Shown piece by piece: positions 38,503-51,135 of a stretch of DNA of 64,000 nucleotides. The notes below the pieces were generated by a model that saw nothing but the letters and a program-made list of their open reading frames with translations, was not told the DNA's origin and ran no database searches. The position numbers were made by a program, and so were the translations under genes. Positions within the stretch are counted from its first letter, which is position 1, and each line of letters begins with the position of its first letter. The DNA lies in the NCBI GenBank assembly GCA_051294905.1, contig CM119373.1:4094001-4158000 (forward strand), read 5' to 3'. The DNA is from Botryllus schlosseri (taxonomy: Eukaryota).

Positions 38503-39965
38503 ATGTTTATATCTCTGAATTCGTAGTGGTTATGTCTCCGAATTGGATGTGTGCCTACAGATCACTCAAATATGCCTGTGCCTCTGTCGACGATTTATTT
38601 CTTTTTTCATCATTCTAATATTTCTTGGATGACAAGTTTGTGCATTTCTCATATGCATGCTATGGTGTGACGCAAAAGGCTTTAATGTGAAAAGCGTCAC
38701 TATCTTTTCATCGTTTTTACCAATAATAATAATAATAATAAGATACAACTCCTGTTATCAGCTCAAACTAGCTTGAAGTCATCCGCAGGAAAGTCATCCT
38801 GTACGATTTTGATGGGACGGATTTGCAATAGGCAGCTGGCAGTAATCAGTCACAATGTGAGCATTCCAACTATATCGATATTTCTTTTCAATTTATATGA
38901 TTTATAGGAGAAACCGTCCACCTCGTTCCTCAGTCACATTTCTCGAATTTTCGTAAAAGCGATGACACTCAACTTTTATGCTCCTAATTATCCTTGAACC
39001 AAGAACGTTCGTGAACGTCACTTCCACGTTATTCCCATAGTTTCCATTTTTGTCGTCTCATCCCATGTCAAATCCTTCGCTGTGTAGCTGATCTTGAATA
39101 AAAGTCGCTGGTTTACTCTGTATTCGTAATAATGTTGAGGATTCGGTGTTAATGCATTTTCTACAACATATACTATTGTCATCTGCATCTTACAATACAT
39201 GCCATATCGTAGATCTGGCAGGGACGTAAAGCTGCAATTGGAATTTCAGGGAATTGGCTGTAAAGCAGAGTCAATGTCGAAGAAGTTCTATAACTTTTTA
39301 TTTCAACCTTACATCTTATTCATTTAAAAATATAGATCACCATGGTGGCTCTTTAGCTCCACAAAACCACGGGGATTACAAATTGAATCATTTAGACCAG
39401 TGGTTCTCAACCTTTTCGTCTTCGCGGACCCCTTTTCGAGCGTCACGGACACCCGTGGACCCCCAAAGATTTTGTTCAAATTAAGCTCTATATTACCGTG
39501 GCACCGGCATCCTGTCCTGAGCAGATATCAGCTGTAGGCTAGTGATAAACAGCAACATAATGACCATTCTGGAAAATAATATCACAGGCTATGATTCATA
39601 GCCTGCTATTTATGTAGATATTGAGAATACTTTTATTATTTCAAAGCTAATTCTGCAGCTACATTTCTCGAAATACCCGATCGTGTCTGGGAAGTACGCG
39701 TCGTCTATTAGATATGAACCAAGCCATGAACTACTGCAATCTCCGGCTAAGCAAATTTGCGTTGTCACCATGTTACAGTTGCATTGTGGGGAATAGGCTG
39801 GACGACTTAGTACAGGCGCTTATGGAAAAACGTCCAGTTTTAAAATATATTTGATTCGTATTGGGTTTGTAGTATTTTATACGAATGGAGCTTTGAATGA
39901 ATAATCATCGTAACATTCAGGATTTGTTTCAGCCCAATATCTCGTGTTTATATCTGTGTTATCTG

Positions 39966-41907
39966 CAGTGGCGGCTCGTGACAATATCGGGTGGTGGGGC
40001 AAGGGCTGCAAGCGACTTTTATCAAGATGACGTCACAATAGCGTTTTCCTACGTAAACAAGTAACTTAATGATGGTACGGTAACATGAATTTCCCGGCAA
40101 CAGTGATTTTACCGTATGTGCCACGAGAGGTCTGCTGGTGAGCTGTGACTTGAAGTGTGGTAACTGCGTAAACGGCGTACGGAACAAAGATTCAACACGG
40201 TTCATGTTCGCATTAGACCTGACTAATTATCTGCAGAAATGGAAATGACTATAACTCGAGAGATAGCGTAAGCCTAATTGGAAAGGTCAACGAATTCGGA
40301 CAGATACGCAATTGTTATCTCATAGATTATGCCTGTCCTATTGAATCCAAAACATCATTCTAAAGAACTAAGAATAGCAGCCTCGGAAATTTGGTCTCGG
40401 TAGTCGGTACAGCATAAGACATTTTGGCCTTGAAACTGGAGACTGTAACACGACACATACGTTTTTATTACTGTCTTATAGGTCTGCTGCGAAATCGCCT
40501 TTGGAAAATATATTACCGAATAAATACATGGATGAAAGCCTTAAACTTGGTACACTGTTACATGACATTATCGAGAAGTGGCCTCATGGCCCTTTTCGGT
40601 ATGGTACACTGTCAAAATTAATGCGAACAGACCAACACCGAATTTTGCGTAAAATTTACTGAGGAATAGGCTGATCAAGTGATCAGCTGTTAGCCGCCAT
40701 CGAAAACGAAATAACTATCGCGCTTGACAGGGGGTTGTAAGCAAATGGCTTGAAGGCCACAATTTCACGGTGAAATTGACATTGGAGAATATAATATCAA
40801 AGTAAATATTTGAATGCAAACTGAGAATGATATCATCATCTCTGTTAACGTTACCGCAGATACACCGGCTTTTGCGTGAAATCCGCAATGTGTTGTAGGC
40901 TAAAGTGTCAGATCGGAGCACATCTTTACCACACTCGACCTTGATAACGAAATTACTGCCCTAATCATTGAGTGTCAACCTTGAGACTTGGCACAGCGTT
41001 CGATACTAAAATCAAGACATACCGTGCAAAAGCTTATGACGGATCTAGGTAAGGAGCATCGTTAAAATCAATAGAGACCAATACCGGCTTTGCGTATAAT
41101 CTGTTAGCGATAAATGACTAGTCAGCTCTCACTCGAATTAGGAAGCCAAATTACCACTAACACAGTTCAGTGACAAACTTAAAACTTGGTACAGCGTTCG
41201 ATACTAACATTAAGACTTTCCGTGCCAAATGTCATAACCGATCTCGGTATTGAACATCGTCAAAACCAATGGATACCAATACCGGCTTTTGAGTAAAATC
41301 TGTTTGCGATACATGACGGATCAGCACACACTCAACTTCGGAAACGGAATTACTACCCTAAACTTTAAGTAGAAACCCTGAAACTTGGGGCAGTGTTAAA
41401 TACCACCATCACGACATGACATAACAAGTTTCAAGAGTTTTCATGGTGTGAAACCCCATTAAAATCGACCTATACCAGCAAAGGTCGACTAAACGCAGAT
41501 GACGGTAACAGAGTTCAGCTATAGATACGATTGTTACATCACACCTTAAGGGCACAGAGCTATCGTGCCCCGGTTGCTCGGTAATTTTATGAATAGGAGA
41601 GAGTAAATCACCGTTTCTTTATTGTGCGCGGCTTTGAGAGAATAGACAGTGAAAGCTTGTTATGAGCGCTACCGGGGCAAGCCCCGGCTAGGCATTCGCA
41701 AAGCGAAAACACAGAAGAGAATTCGATTTTCGCAGAGACTTCGCTATATATGGGCATTTACAAGCGAAAGGACAAGAAGTATACGATTTTCGCTGTGATT
41801 TCGGTTTATATAGATAGGTGTGCGTCTATAAATGGTGAAGAATTGTTATTGAACAGAATTTTAGGTGGGGCAATGCCCCAGTTGCCCTATAGGACGAGCC
41901 GCCACTG
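39966..41907. mobile_element. hAT non-autonomous element inserted in the left TIR of the P element
   Basis: TIR CAGTGGCGGCTCGT / ACGAGCCGCCACTG. Perfect 8-bp TSD GTTATCTG (39958-39965, 41908-41915). Contains degenerate ~199-bp tandem units (ACTTGG at 40986, 41184, 41383). Confidence 0.9.
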
Positions 41908-41926
41908 GTTATCTGTGTATTTCGAC

Positions 41927-43710
41927 ATGTCGAAGACATCTCGTTTTGGTGGTAGTGTTTGTTGCGCCTATGGGTGCAGTAAAAGGCAGAAAAAGATATC
42001 CACGGAGTCATATATGAGAAGTAATAGCGATGGTAGTAGCGATGAAGAGTCTTTGGTAAAACGTCGGCATCCAAGAACATTTCACCGGTGAGTGAATGGC
42101 AGAATATGCAGGGCAGCAAGACTATCTTAGAAGCATCAGTTTCTATTTTTAATATCTCCTGACCATCACAGTCAATCAATGTCCAGATAAGCCACAGCAT
42201 TAATGAATAGGCCATGTTAAAGTGTAATTATACCAGAACATTTTGTCACAAGTATATGGATGTTGGTATGATCAGAGCAGACTATATCAGCAGTCCCAGC
42301 ACCATGTCAGTTCATCAGTATACCTGTAATAGCATGACCAGCCAGGTCACTGTTTGTATTCTGTATGGGCAGTTCAGCCAATAACTAGCTTAGTACTCAA
42401 TCCTTGCTTAAAATTGTCGTGAAGGTTGGAGGTAGGACTAGAAGGAGAGGTATAATTGAGGGTCACACGGTTTTGTCCAGCATATGGTTGAGTAATAATT
42501 ATATATTTCTGGTGCCAGATGCTCACACTGAAGTTCAAATTGCTAATTCCCTGGTCGAGTTCATTATAGCTTTGTGTGTGCGAGACGTTCGATTTGTCTC
42601 GTAAGATGTTTTTTTTAGGTTTATAATTGGCTTTAGATTTAAAAGGTTACCTAATAGTTTATCCTTCTGGGGTAGAAAGTAACAGATATATTTAAATCAA
42701 ACAAGATAATTTCACATATGTTCCTGCTACTTTTATCATCGTTCATAACAAAGAATGGTCAATTTGGTGTGCTTCGTATAATAGAATTACTTGTGAACTG
42801 ATACAATGTTCTCTACAACGCAGCTTTGCTACCAATGATTCCCTGAAAGACAGATGGATAGAATGTATTAGAAGAAAAGACTGGGAGCCAGCAAGATCGT
42901 CGGTCATCTGCTCTGATCATTTTTCAGAAAGTGATATTTTATTTTCGTTTAAAGACGAATGCGGTGCCGAGAAGATTTCTGAATTTTCCAAAATATATGA
43001 GGCCAAAGGTGCGGTAGACACTAGACAGTGACTATATATTTATGAAGTTTGAGTTCCAATTACTATATCTTTATTTTAGCCCTAGTTAACATAAAATTCA
43101 CAAATTTCAGGCTTCGAATAACCGACGAGTGAGACCTTCTGCAGTTCCAGATAAGAAACGGCATTATGAAGCACAAACCACTGAACCTGAAGTAGTTCTT
43201 CACGACCACAGCTACTGTGCGCACACGTCTCCTCGAAAAGTCGTTCAACAGCAACGCCGTAGGGTGGCAGAAATTAAAAAGAGGTTGGTTGCAGCCAGAA
43301 TGAGAACATACCGTCTGCAAAAAAAGTGAAAACTCTGGATGAGGTCATTGCATCTCTTGAAAAGAACAATTTGATAAGCGATTCGTGTGTAGAGGTAATG
43401 TCACAAAAATTCAGTGGTCTACCAAGTGAGCTCTTGCAACGTATGAAGCTACAAGCTGGTGGAAGAGGAGTCAAATACTCCAAGGAACTGCAATCATTTG
43501 CAATAACGCTTCAGTATTATTCCACTAAGGCATACAATTTTGTGCGTCAGAACTTTCAACTTGCTCTTCCCCATCCAAGTGTGATAAGACGCTGGTATGG
43601 AAAACTTCCCGCTGAGCCTGGCTTTACTAGTATTGCCTTTTCTGCTATCAGAGGAAAAGTAGAGGCATCAGCAAATCCTGTAATATGCTCCATAATGATG
43701 GATGAAATGT
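41927..43710 (+). pseudogene. Spliced, truncated THAP-domain P-element transposase (THAP9-like)
   Basis: Exon 1 (41927-42087) MSKTSRFGGSVCCAYGCS...RTFH|GTGAGT. Exon 2 (~42824-43008) ..RWIECIRRKDWEP..VICSDHF. Exon 3 from ~43111 RPSAVP..HDHSY..(frameshift in A-run ~43320)..YSKELQSFAITLQYYSTKAYNFVR..LPHPSVIRRW..PGF..CSIMMDEM, after which similarity ends. Confidence 0.85.
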
Positions 43711-46303
43711 GGGGTGGCCTTCAATGTGACTGTGCCCGTGCTGCGTAAGAAGAGAAGAAATTCCATTAAATTGGAACTAAGATCAGAATCGGTTCGTTTA
43801 TTATACCTCGTTCGCAGATATTAAGCCCTAACTTATCCCACATTTGACTTTCAGATCACCGTTAATTACGCCGAAGGCGACGTAAAGTCGATCACAATTA
43901 ATTAATTTATTTCTGTTTCTATTTTTTTATGTTGTTATTTTAATAGAAAAATTTGTTTCTCATAACTGAAGCTGGTGTTTCTGAAAACGAAAGTTCAGCA
44001 TTTTGGTACAAGACAGTACAGCGCGGTATTTCGTGTGACGTGGCAGTACAGCGCGTTATTGCGTGTGACCACAGAAATGGTTGAACTAAAGCCAAGTTCG
44101 AGTGCTTCATCTAGTAGGGTAGGCAAGTATCGTGGGCAGAAAAACTGTGAACTAGAAAATCTAATCTAATTTCTGGTTTCATGAAAGTGAAAAACGAGCC
44201 AAGCTTCATGTAGGCTACACACGTATATGGGTAGCTATAGGTGTAATTATGATCAAATACATGTACGCCATTTAGATTGTATCTTGTGCCGTATTGATTC
44301 GATAAAATTAATATTTAATATGAACTCCCACAGTGCACAGATTGCTGTAACCAACATTGCCTCAATTTCACTGTGAATTGGGCAATTCTAGCTACATCTG
44401 AATAAGGACCCATGCATTTCTTGTTTCTCTCATTCAATGAACTCATTCAGTCACTTCTACACAAGTCACTACCCCATCGCTACACATAGCAGACATATCT
44501 TTACTTTCTCTTTTTTGGATTTATTTAAATACGCTGAAACAATAAATACGTAGAATAACCACAATGACATTCAATTGATTTCAGCAGTGCCTTTTGATAT
44601 GTCCCATGATGCTGAATTTTCTCCATCAGCAACATTCACAGCAACAACGTAGCTGGCAGTTACAGCATTCACATCAGCTCCATTGCAGTATGAAGATTTT
44701 GAATCCAGGATAGGTAATTCTGAGGCACGCTCCGATAATAACTGCAAGGTGGCAATCGTAGATGCTTTTACTTCCTATAGATACATATATCTGAAAGATA
44801 ACTGAACTGGCATTATACATCTTTCGACAGCTTGGGTATTTCTGTACACGTAAAATATGCTGGATACAACGAGTAAAGCAATCTACATCAGGAATATAAC
44901 CACAAAAAATACATACGATGACACATAGACAACCTTATTTTACCACGAACAATTAAAACCACTTATATCTTCGACATGTCGAAATACACAGATAACACAG
45001 ATATAAACACGAGATATTGGGCTGAAACAAATCGTGAATGTTACGATGATTATTCATTCAAATCTCCATTCGTATAAAATACTACAAACCCAATACGAAT
45101 CAAATATATGTTAAAACTGGACGTTTTTCCATGAGCTCCTGTACTAAATCATCCAGCCTATTCCCCACAATGCACGTAAATATCGCGAGTAGCGCACTCC
45201 AGTTTTTATATAGCTCAGTGGATATGAACGAGTCCCGAAAATCTATTGCCATAAAGATAGGTGGTGGCGAATGTAATAATAACCAGGGATATATAGAACT
45301 CCGGGATGGCTGACTGCGTCAATTGCGTCATCGCGGTATTACCTAAGTAGGTCCAGATTCGCGCATTCAGTTTTGATGCGCGTTCTGGTCAGCCGCTTCA
45401 CCTGTGTGTAATTTAAGTTTTTGAGAGCGGTAGAGGCATATGATATCCATGTTAATGTTCTTTTATAAAGCTAGAGCTTAACCAGGTTATGTGATGTTCA
45501 GGTAGTCTGAAACTTTGCGGGATTGGCCCTATCCCTTCATCAGCAATTTACCGGTATACCGGTACGGTCATTTGCTCGCCTTCGGAATATCTCTGCTTCT
45601 GTGGTATCTTATTTAACATGTTTTGCTGCGTTGATAATCGTGAGAAGATAACATAATGTAGAGAAATTTCATACGTTAACATTGATACCAGCAGTAGGAT
45701 TTTGATTACGCCTTGCGGTATGTTTGTCATTACTTATGTTATGCGATATATTGCATGTCACCATCCAAGGCTGTACATTGTACAAGTCCAAGTGTACATT
45801 TACACTGTGTCATGTCGACTATGAAGGCGACCGTTAGGAGGGACTTCGTCTGTTAAGATCTTGTGCTATAGATTAATATGTAATTATACAGGTTGTGCTG
45901 GTATTGCAGGCTTATTCCAGATCATTGCTGGATTATTCCTAGTAGGAATTGGAGCCACTGAGTAGACTACTGGTATGCAAGATTCAAGAGGCATTTCCAT
46001 TAAGGATAACCAAACATTTTAATCTAATACAAATACAACACGCCAAGGTCGTTGCAGTTGTAAGTGTCCATAACAACTGTTATAACAACTGTTGAATCCA
46101 ATCTCGTGTTACAGATACTATTCATCAGTTACATGTCTTTTAAAACAAGGCAGGCATATGTTTGTTAATGAACGGCACCTTAATGCTACAATACTGGAAA
46201 TATATTCCAACAGAAGTGCACTGTTGTGAACTGCCAATGGCTGACTCTCAGAATATGGCCACAACATTAATTGACCATTTGCTCTTACTGAAGCCTTGAA
46301 GAT

Positions 46304-47605
46304 CAGTGTTGCCACTCTAGGTTGCCGGAAAAACACAAGATTGTGTCGTAAAAAACACTAGATTACTAAATTGCAGGAAAAATTTGCCGTTGCCAATAAG
46401 TAACCATGATGACTTAGGTACAAATCCATAGATAAGAAGTGTTAAACACATGAATACGATACATATGTATGATATACTGCATGATTAATCAACGTAAATT
46501 AATGAAACGAATTCAACAGAGTAAGAAAAAATCAGATATTGTCGATTTCGAACTGTATGGCATCATAAAAATTATTCATCTTTCGATTGTACACCATCGA
46601 TCAAACAAAGTATATTTTGTGTGGCATATCTTTCTCACTGCCGCACATCTTCAACCAAACAATGGGGAGGTGACCATGTGCATTGTGCATTGTGCAGCAT
46701 ACTTCATTTCCATGCATACACCGGAATGTGACTATGCCAAGAGATTCATCATGAGCTTCCCCAGTAAAGGGAATTTTGATTCACCGAATCCATTGTGCAC
46801 TGCACATATTTCAATTTTGCCAAAATTATGTTGGATGGCATTGACATTTCGTTCGTTAGTTTATAGTTTATTTTAATTTTCTTTTTTATTTATTAGTTAT
46901 CGACTGTAAAAATTACTCCTGTCCCGGGTGGCTAGGCTCTGAAGACTATGTCATATCGAGGCTCCCGTCTACCTTGCATGTCGCATTTCACTGTTACATT
47001 TTTGAAGTGTTATGTTGATATGTAATGTATACGAATGAAGATTCTCTCTCTCTCTGATAACCTGCAGCTCATTTTGCCAATTTGCCAAAGCAGCCCATTC
47101 TTCCGACAAATCATTGAGCTTTTAAACAAATAATATCACAGAGGGAAATTGCAGAGCTAGAGGAACGATTGATTCTAAAGGCTGTTAACGGATTCAATAC
47201 ACTCAAGTACGAAAGTATGCTGTCCTCGGCAAATGAAAATCTTTCCCGAATCTGCAGAGTGAGTTCAACAAGAAACGACAGAGCATTTTACCGAAATCGC
47301 TCTTCATTTTTTCGATACATTCGCTCATAAATACGGATTCACAGCGCACCGCGTTACATAAATGCTTCTTACTGCACCACCACATAGAATTGTTGAAAAC
47401 AAACACAGCCAGAAACACCAAATCTAGCGCCTTATTAGCGATAAATTTAGCGTATAATTTAGTTAGTATGTTAGAATATTCCTTCTTCGCACGATTGCAG
47501 AAAAACACTAGATTAGCAAAATTGTGCGACAAAAAACACTAGAACACTAGGACGACCGAAAAAAACACTAGATCTAGTGTTAAAACACTAGGAGTGGCAC
47601 CACTG
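46304..47605. mobile_element. hAT non-autonomous element (nested)
   Basis: TIR CAGTGTTGCCACTC / GAGTGGCACCACTG. TSD TTGAAGAT (46296-46303, 47606-47613). AAAACACTAG subterminal repeats. Confidence 0.88.
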
Positions 47606-48546
47606 TTGAAGATGCCCAACAGGACTGTTCGGTGTTCATGTCACAAATTGATGTTGACCACTCCCTTGAATGGATAAGCCAATAAATCGTCAGGACAGGA
47701 TACGACCCTGGGATATGGCCTGTCTTTACCATATAAACACTTATCGCCTATAGGCTATAGGCCTATACGATGAAGGAAGAGAAAACTCTGAAGATTGCTT
47801 TCAATTTGCAACGTTTCGTCAAATCGTCGCATCAAGGTATGGACCTCTCCTCAGTCGGCCTAAGGTAAGTTTGGCTGATTCTAGTGATACGGTATTAAAT
47901 GAGGGATTTACAGTAATCCTGATGTGGTTCAAGTAGTCAGCATTGCTACTCTAGTAACAGTTGTATTCCCAGGGCGTACTGGTATTTAAACTTCCTCAAG
48001 TAGCAGTAGAAAGTGAAATGCCTGCAAGGTACTCAAGTTTGGAGATGGCTACTTCGAAATTACAAGATGTATCTTCGAAAATAGGCAACGCCTACTTGAG
48101 TACTGCAATGAATTAGAAGTTCTCTTCTATCATAAGTTTAAAGCTCGCTACTGCAAATTTATCTTATCCAAGTACTCAGACGAACATATCTCATGACCAC
48201 AGTGATGTTGTTTTGACTGTTGTTTTGTTTCATTTTATATGTTACAATAATATTACCACTGTGTACATGGATCAATTTGTTATTTTGTGATCGCACTGTT
48301 AACAATGATACCCGTCCTTCACTAGTGTTGCTGTCTTTTATTTACTTTTTTATTTCGTTACTCGTTGCTGTGCTACTTGACTGAGAGCAGTAGTTGATTC
48401 ATATTATTAATACTGCCAAATATGCTTGGGTGACTCTGGCCTAGAAGACTTCGGTCATATCGGGTTTCCCAGTCTATACCGTGTAGAATATAGCTAAGTA
48501 AATATTAAAAAAATGTGTACCTTTGGACGTGAATGTTTGTGGACAT

Positions 48547-50021
48547 TAGGGTTGTTCAGATTTGAAAAATTATCAGGAAACTTCGATGCTTGTGACCCGA
48601 ATGATGGTTTAGTACATAAAAACACTTTTATGAGCAATTTTGGTCATCTTCATCGTGATCTTCTATCCCCGAAAAGCCCCCAAAGATGCACGGGCAATTC
48701 TCCTTACTGCTTGATCTGTAGTGTTGACCATGTCACCGGTTTATAGCTTTTGTGACGTTATCATTCGAAAACGGCCACGTAGAGACGAGATATTGCAATA
48801 AAATAGATATGTTTTCAAAATTTTATTGAAATGCAGTCCTGTAAAGGCCACATGCATCTCCGTTTTGCTCAGCAAAACCTGTCTGTCATGCTCATGGGAA
48901 TCATGTATTGGTTGCACCATTGACATCGGCTTTGTTTTAGATCGTACATTGAAGAAACGCCGTTGGGTTGCAATTCGTGGCCAAATACTGATATTCCCAG
49001 CTAGTTTTCAGCCATAAGGTATTATTCAAAGGTATGTAATGTCAGTAATACTTTTCTCAACTTCAAATCATCTGTAAAATACCGAGTTATCCTATTTTAT
49101 GGTAGACTGCAATTTAGTTGAAGAAGAATGCCTGAAACAATGCATCAACACAATGTTCAGCGCTTTCCTTATAGCTATTCTTGTCATATTCCAAACGTTG
49201 GCAACCTCTTCAACAGTTAGAAGGACATAGTCCTGCGTTGTGCGGTAGTTTCGGCGCAATTTTGTTTCAGATATGGCGGATGTAGTAGAACCTCATCTAG
49301 AGTCGGTAGCTTGGAGTGACTAATACACTCAGATAAATATCCGACCGAATAGTGACCAGAATATCAGACCAAATAGTGGGCAGACCTGAATCTTGTTCAT
49401 GGTTGGTCCGCAAAACCCATATCCACTTTGTTTCAGACATTCTTCTGCAACTAAATTGCAGTCTACCATTAAATAAGATAACTCGGTATTATGCAGATGA
49501 TTTGAAGTTGAGAAAAGTATTACTGGCATTGCATACCTTTGAATAATACCTTATGGCTGCAAAGTAGCAGGTAATATCAGTATTTATTCACGAATTGCAA
49601 CCCAACGGCGTTTCTTCAATGTACGATCCAAATCAAGCCGATGTCAATGGTGCAACCAATACATGATTCCCATGAGCATGATAGACAGGTTGTGCAGAGT
49701 GAAATCGATGTGCATGTGGCGTTTATAGGACTGCATTCAAGTACGATTTTGAAAATATGGCTATTTTATTGCAATATATTATCTCTACACGGCCGTTTTC
49801 AACTGATAACGTCACAAAAGCTATATACCGGTGACGTGGTCAACATTACATACCCAGTAGTAAGGAGAATTGCCCCGTGGATCTTTGGGGGGTTTTCGGG
49901 GATAGAAGATCACGATGAAGATGACCAAAATTGCGCATAAAAGTGTTTTTATGTACTATACCATCATTTTGGTCACAAGCATCCAAGTTTCCTGACAATT
50001 TTTCAAATCTGAACAACCCTA
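48547..50021. mobile_element. Foldback-like hAT derivative with ~600-bp diverged inverted arms (nested)
   Basis: TAGGGTTGTTCAGATTTGAAAA / TTTTCAAATCTGAACAACCCTA. TSD GTGGACAT (48539-48546, 50022-50029). 48547-49140 mirrors ~49430-50021 (paired ORFs MSMVQPIHDSHEHDRQ...). Confidence 0.88.
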
Positions 50022-50716
50022 GTGGACATTGCCTACACTATATTTCATGGTTGACGAATAAAAGAATTCTCTCTCTACTGACCACCTCTGCATACATTTA
50101 TATATATTCTTAAGGTTAATTTGTGTCTCTAAATACATCATTTATTCATTTTTATTGCAGATTCCAGAAAAAACGAACGCGATGTTCCAGCATTTGCATC
50201 ACGTCAGCAGTGGATATCCTGATATATTATACTGGGCACATCCCATTGAAATCTTGGCAAAGATGGCCACAATCTGAATATTTGGATCTCTTGCCTCCGC
50301 ACAGAGATGTTTTTTTAACATGGAATCATCTATCGCTCTATCGGAAAATCTGCAAGACAATGATACTAAATATTTCTCAACTGATAAATGGCATGAAATG
50401 CTACAGAAGCCCGATTCGTGATGTACCGTTAAGCCACTGGTGGTAATTTCTTCACTGTGGTCAAGAAACTATTTCTAGGTGAACAAAACATCAGCTGAAT
50501 TCAGCAACTGGGTCTACCGAATGCATCTCAAATTGATAATAATATGTACCAAACTTCTACCCCCGAGGCTACATTTGAACCTGAAGAGAAGTATCAATGG
50601 TGTGTTGATTTCTTGATCAACTTGCATTGAGTGACGTAGAAGATGACAATGCTGCGATCACAATTTCGAGTCCTTACAGGCTGTGCTATCTTTTCGTTAT
50701 TGGAAATGCTCCATGG

Positions 50717-51135
50717 TAGGATTGCATTTAAAAAACGGTGTTTTAAAACACTTAGTTTAAAACATGCTTTGAACAGTGTTTTAAACGAAGGCCTTTAGAA
50801 GAAATTTTTTTTTTCTAAGAATAAGCCATGATTGTGTAAATACTTTTTAAAAAACATGTTGTATGAGCCTACGGACAATTACCACCCGATATAGCCGACT
50901 CATATCGATATGGGATGGCTGGAACCCTCAAAATAGTCCGTTTACCAGCTATAGTAATTCAAAGAAGCTATATTTACCCTATATTTTCAATTGTCAATGT
51001 CAATCCAATATGACGTCACAATTGAATATTCGTGACGTCATGGCTTAAAAAAACAATAAAAACATGTTTTAAACAAGGGCCTTGCTTTAAACATGTTTGT
51101 TTTAAATTGATTTATGTTTTAAATGCAACCCTATA
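50717..51135. mobile_element. Small hAT-type MITE (nested)
   Basis: TAGGATTGCATTTAAAA / TTTTAAATGCAACCCTA. TSD CTCCATGG (50709-50716, 51136-51143) with an extra TA at the right end. Confidence 0.75.

Larger units (their letters stand above)
33365..38740 (+). mobile_element. Full-length non-LTR retrotransposon of the I group (I/Nimb/Loa-like)
   Basis: 12-bp TSD AGATACAACTCC (33353-33364, 38741-38752). (TAA)n 3' tail at 38722-38740. Two intact overlapping ORFs. Confidence 0.96.
39782..45172 (+). mobile_element. Internally deleted P-superfamily (THAP transposase) element with ~200-bp TIRs
   Basis: CATTGTGGGGAATAGGCTGGA... (39782-39965, continuing at 41916-41936 after an insertion) is the reverse complement of ~44968-45172. 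Encloses THAP/P transposase exons. No clear TSD. Confidence 0.8.
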
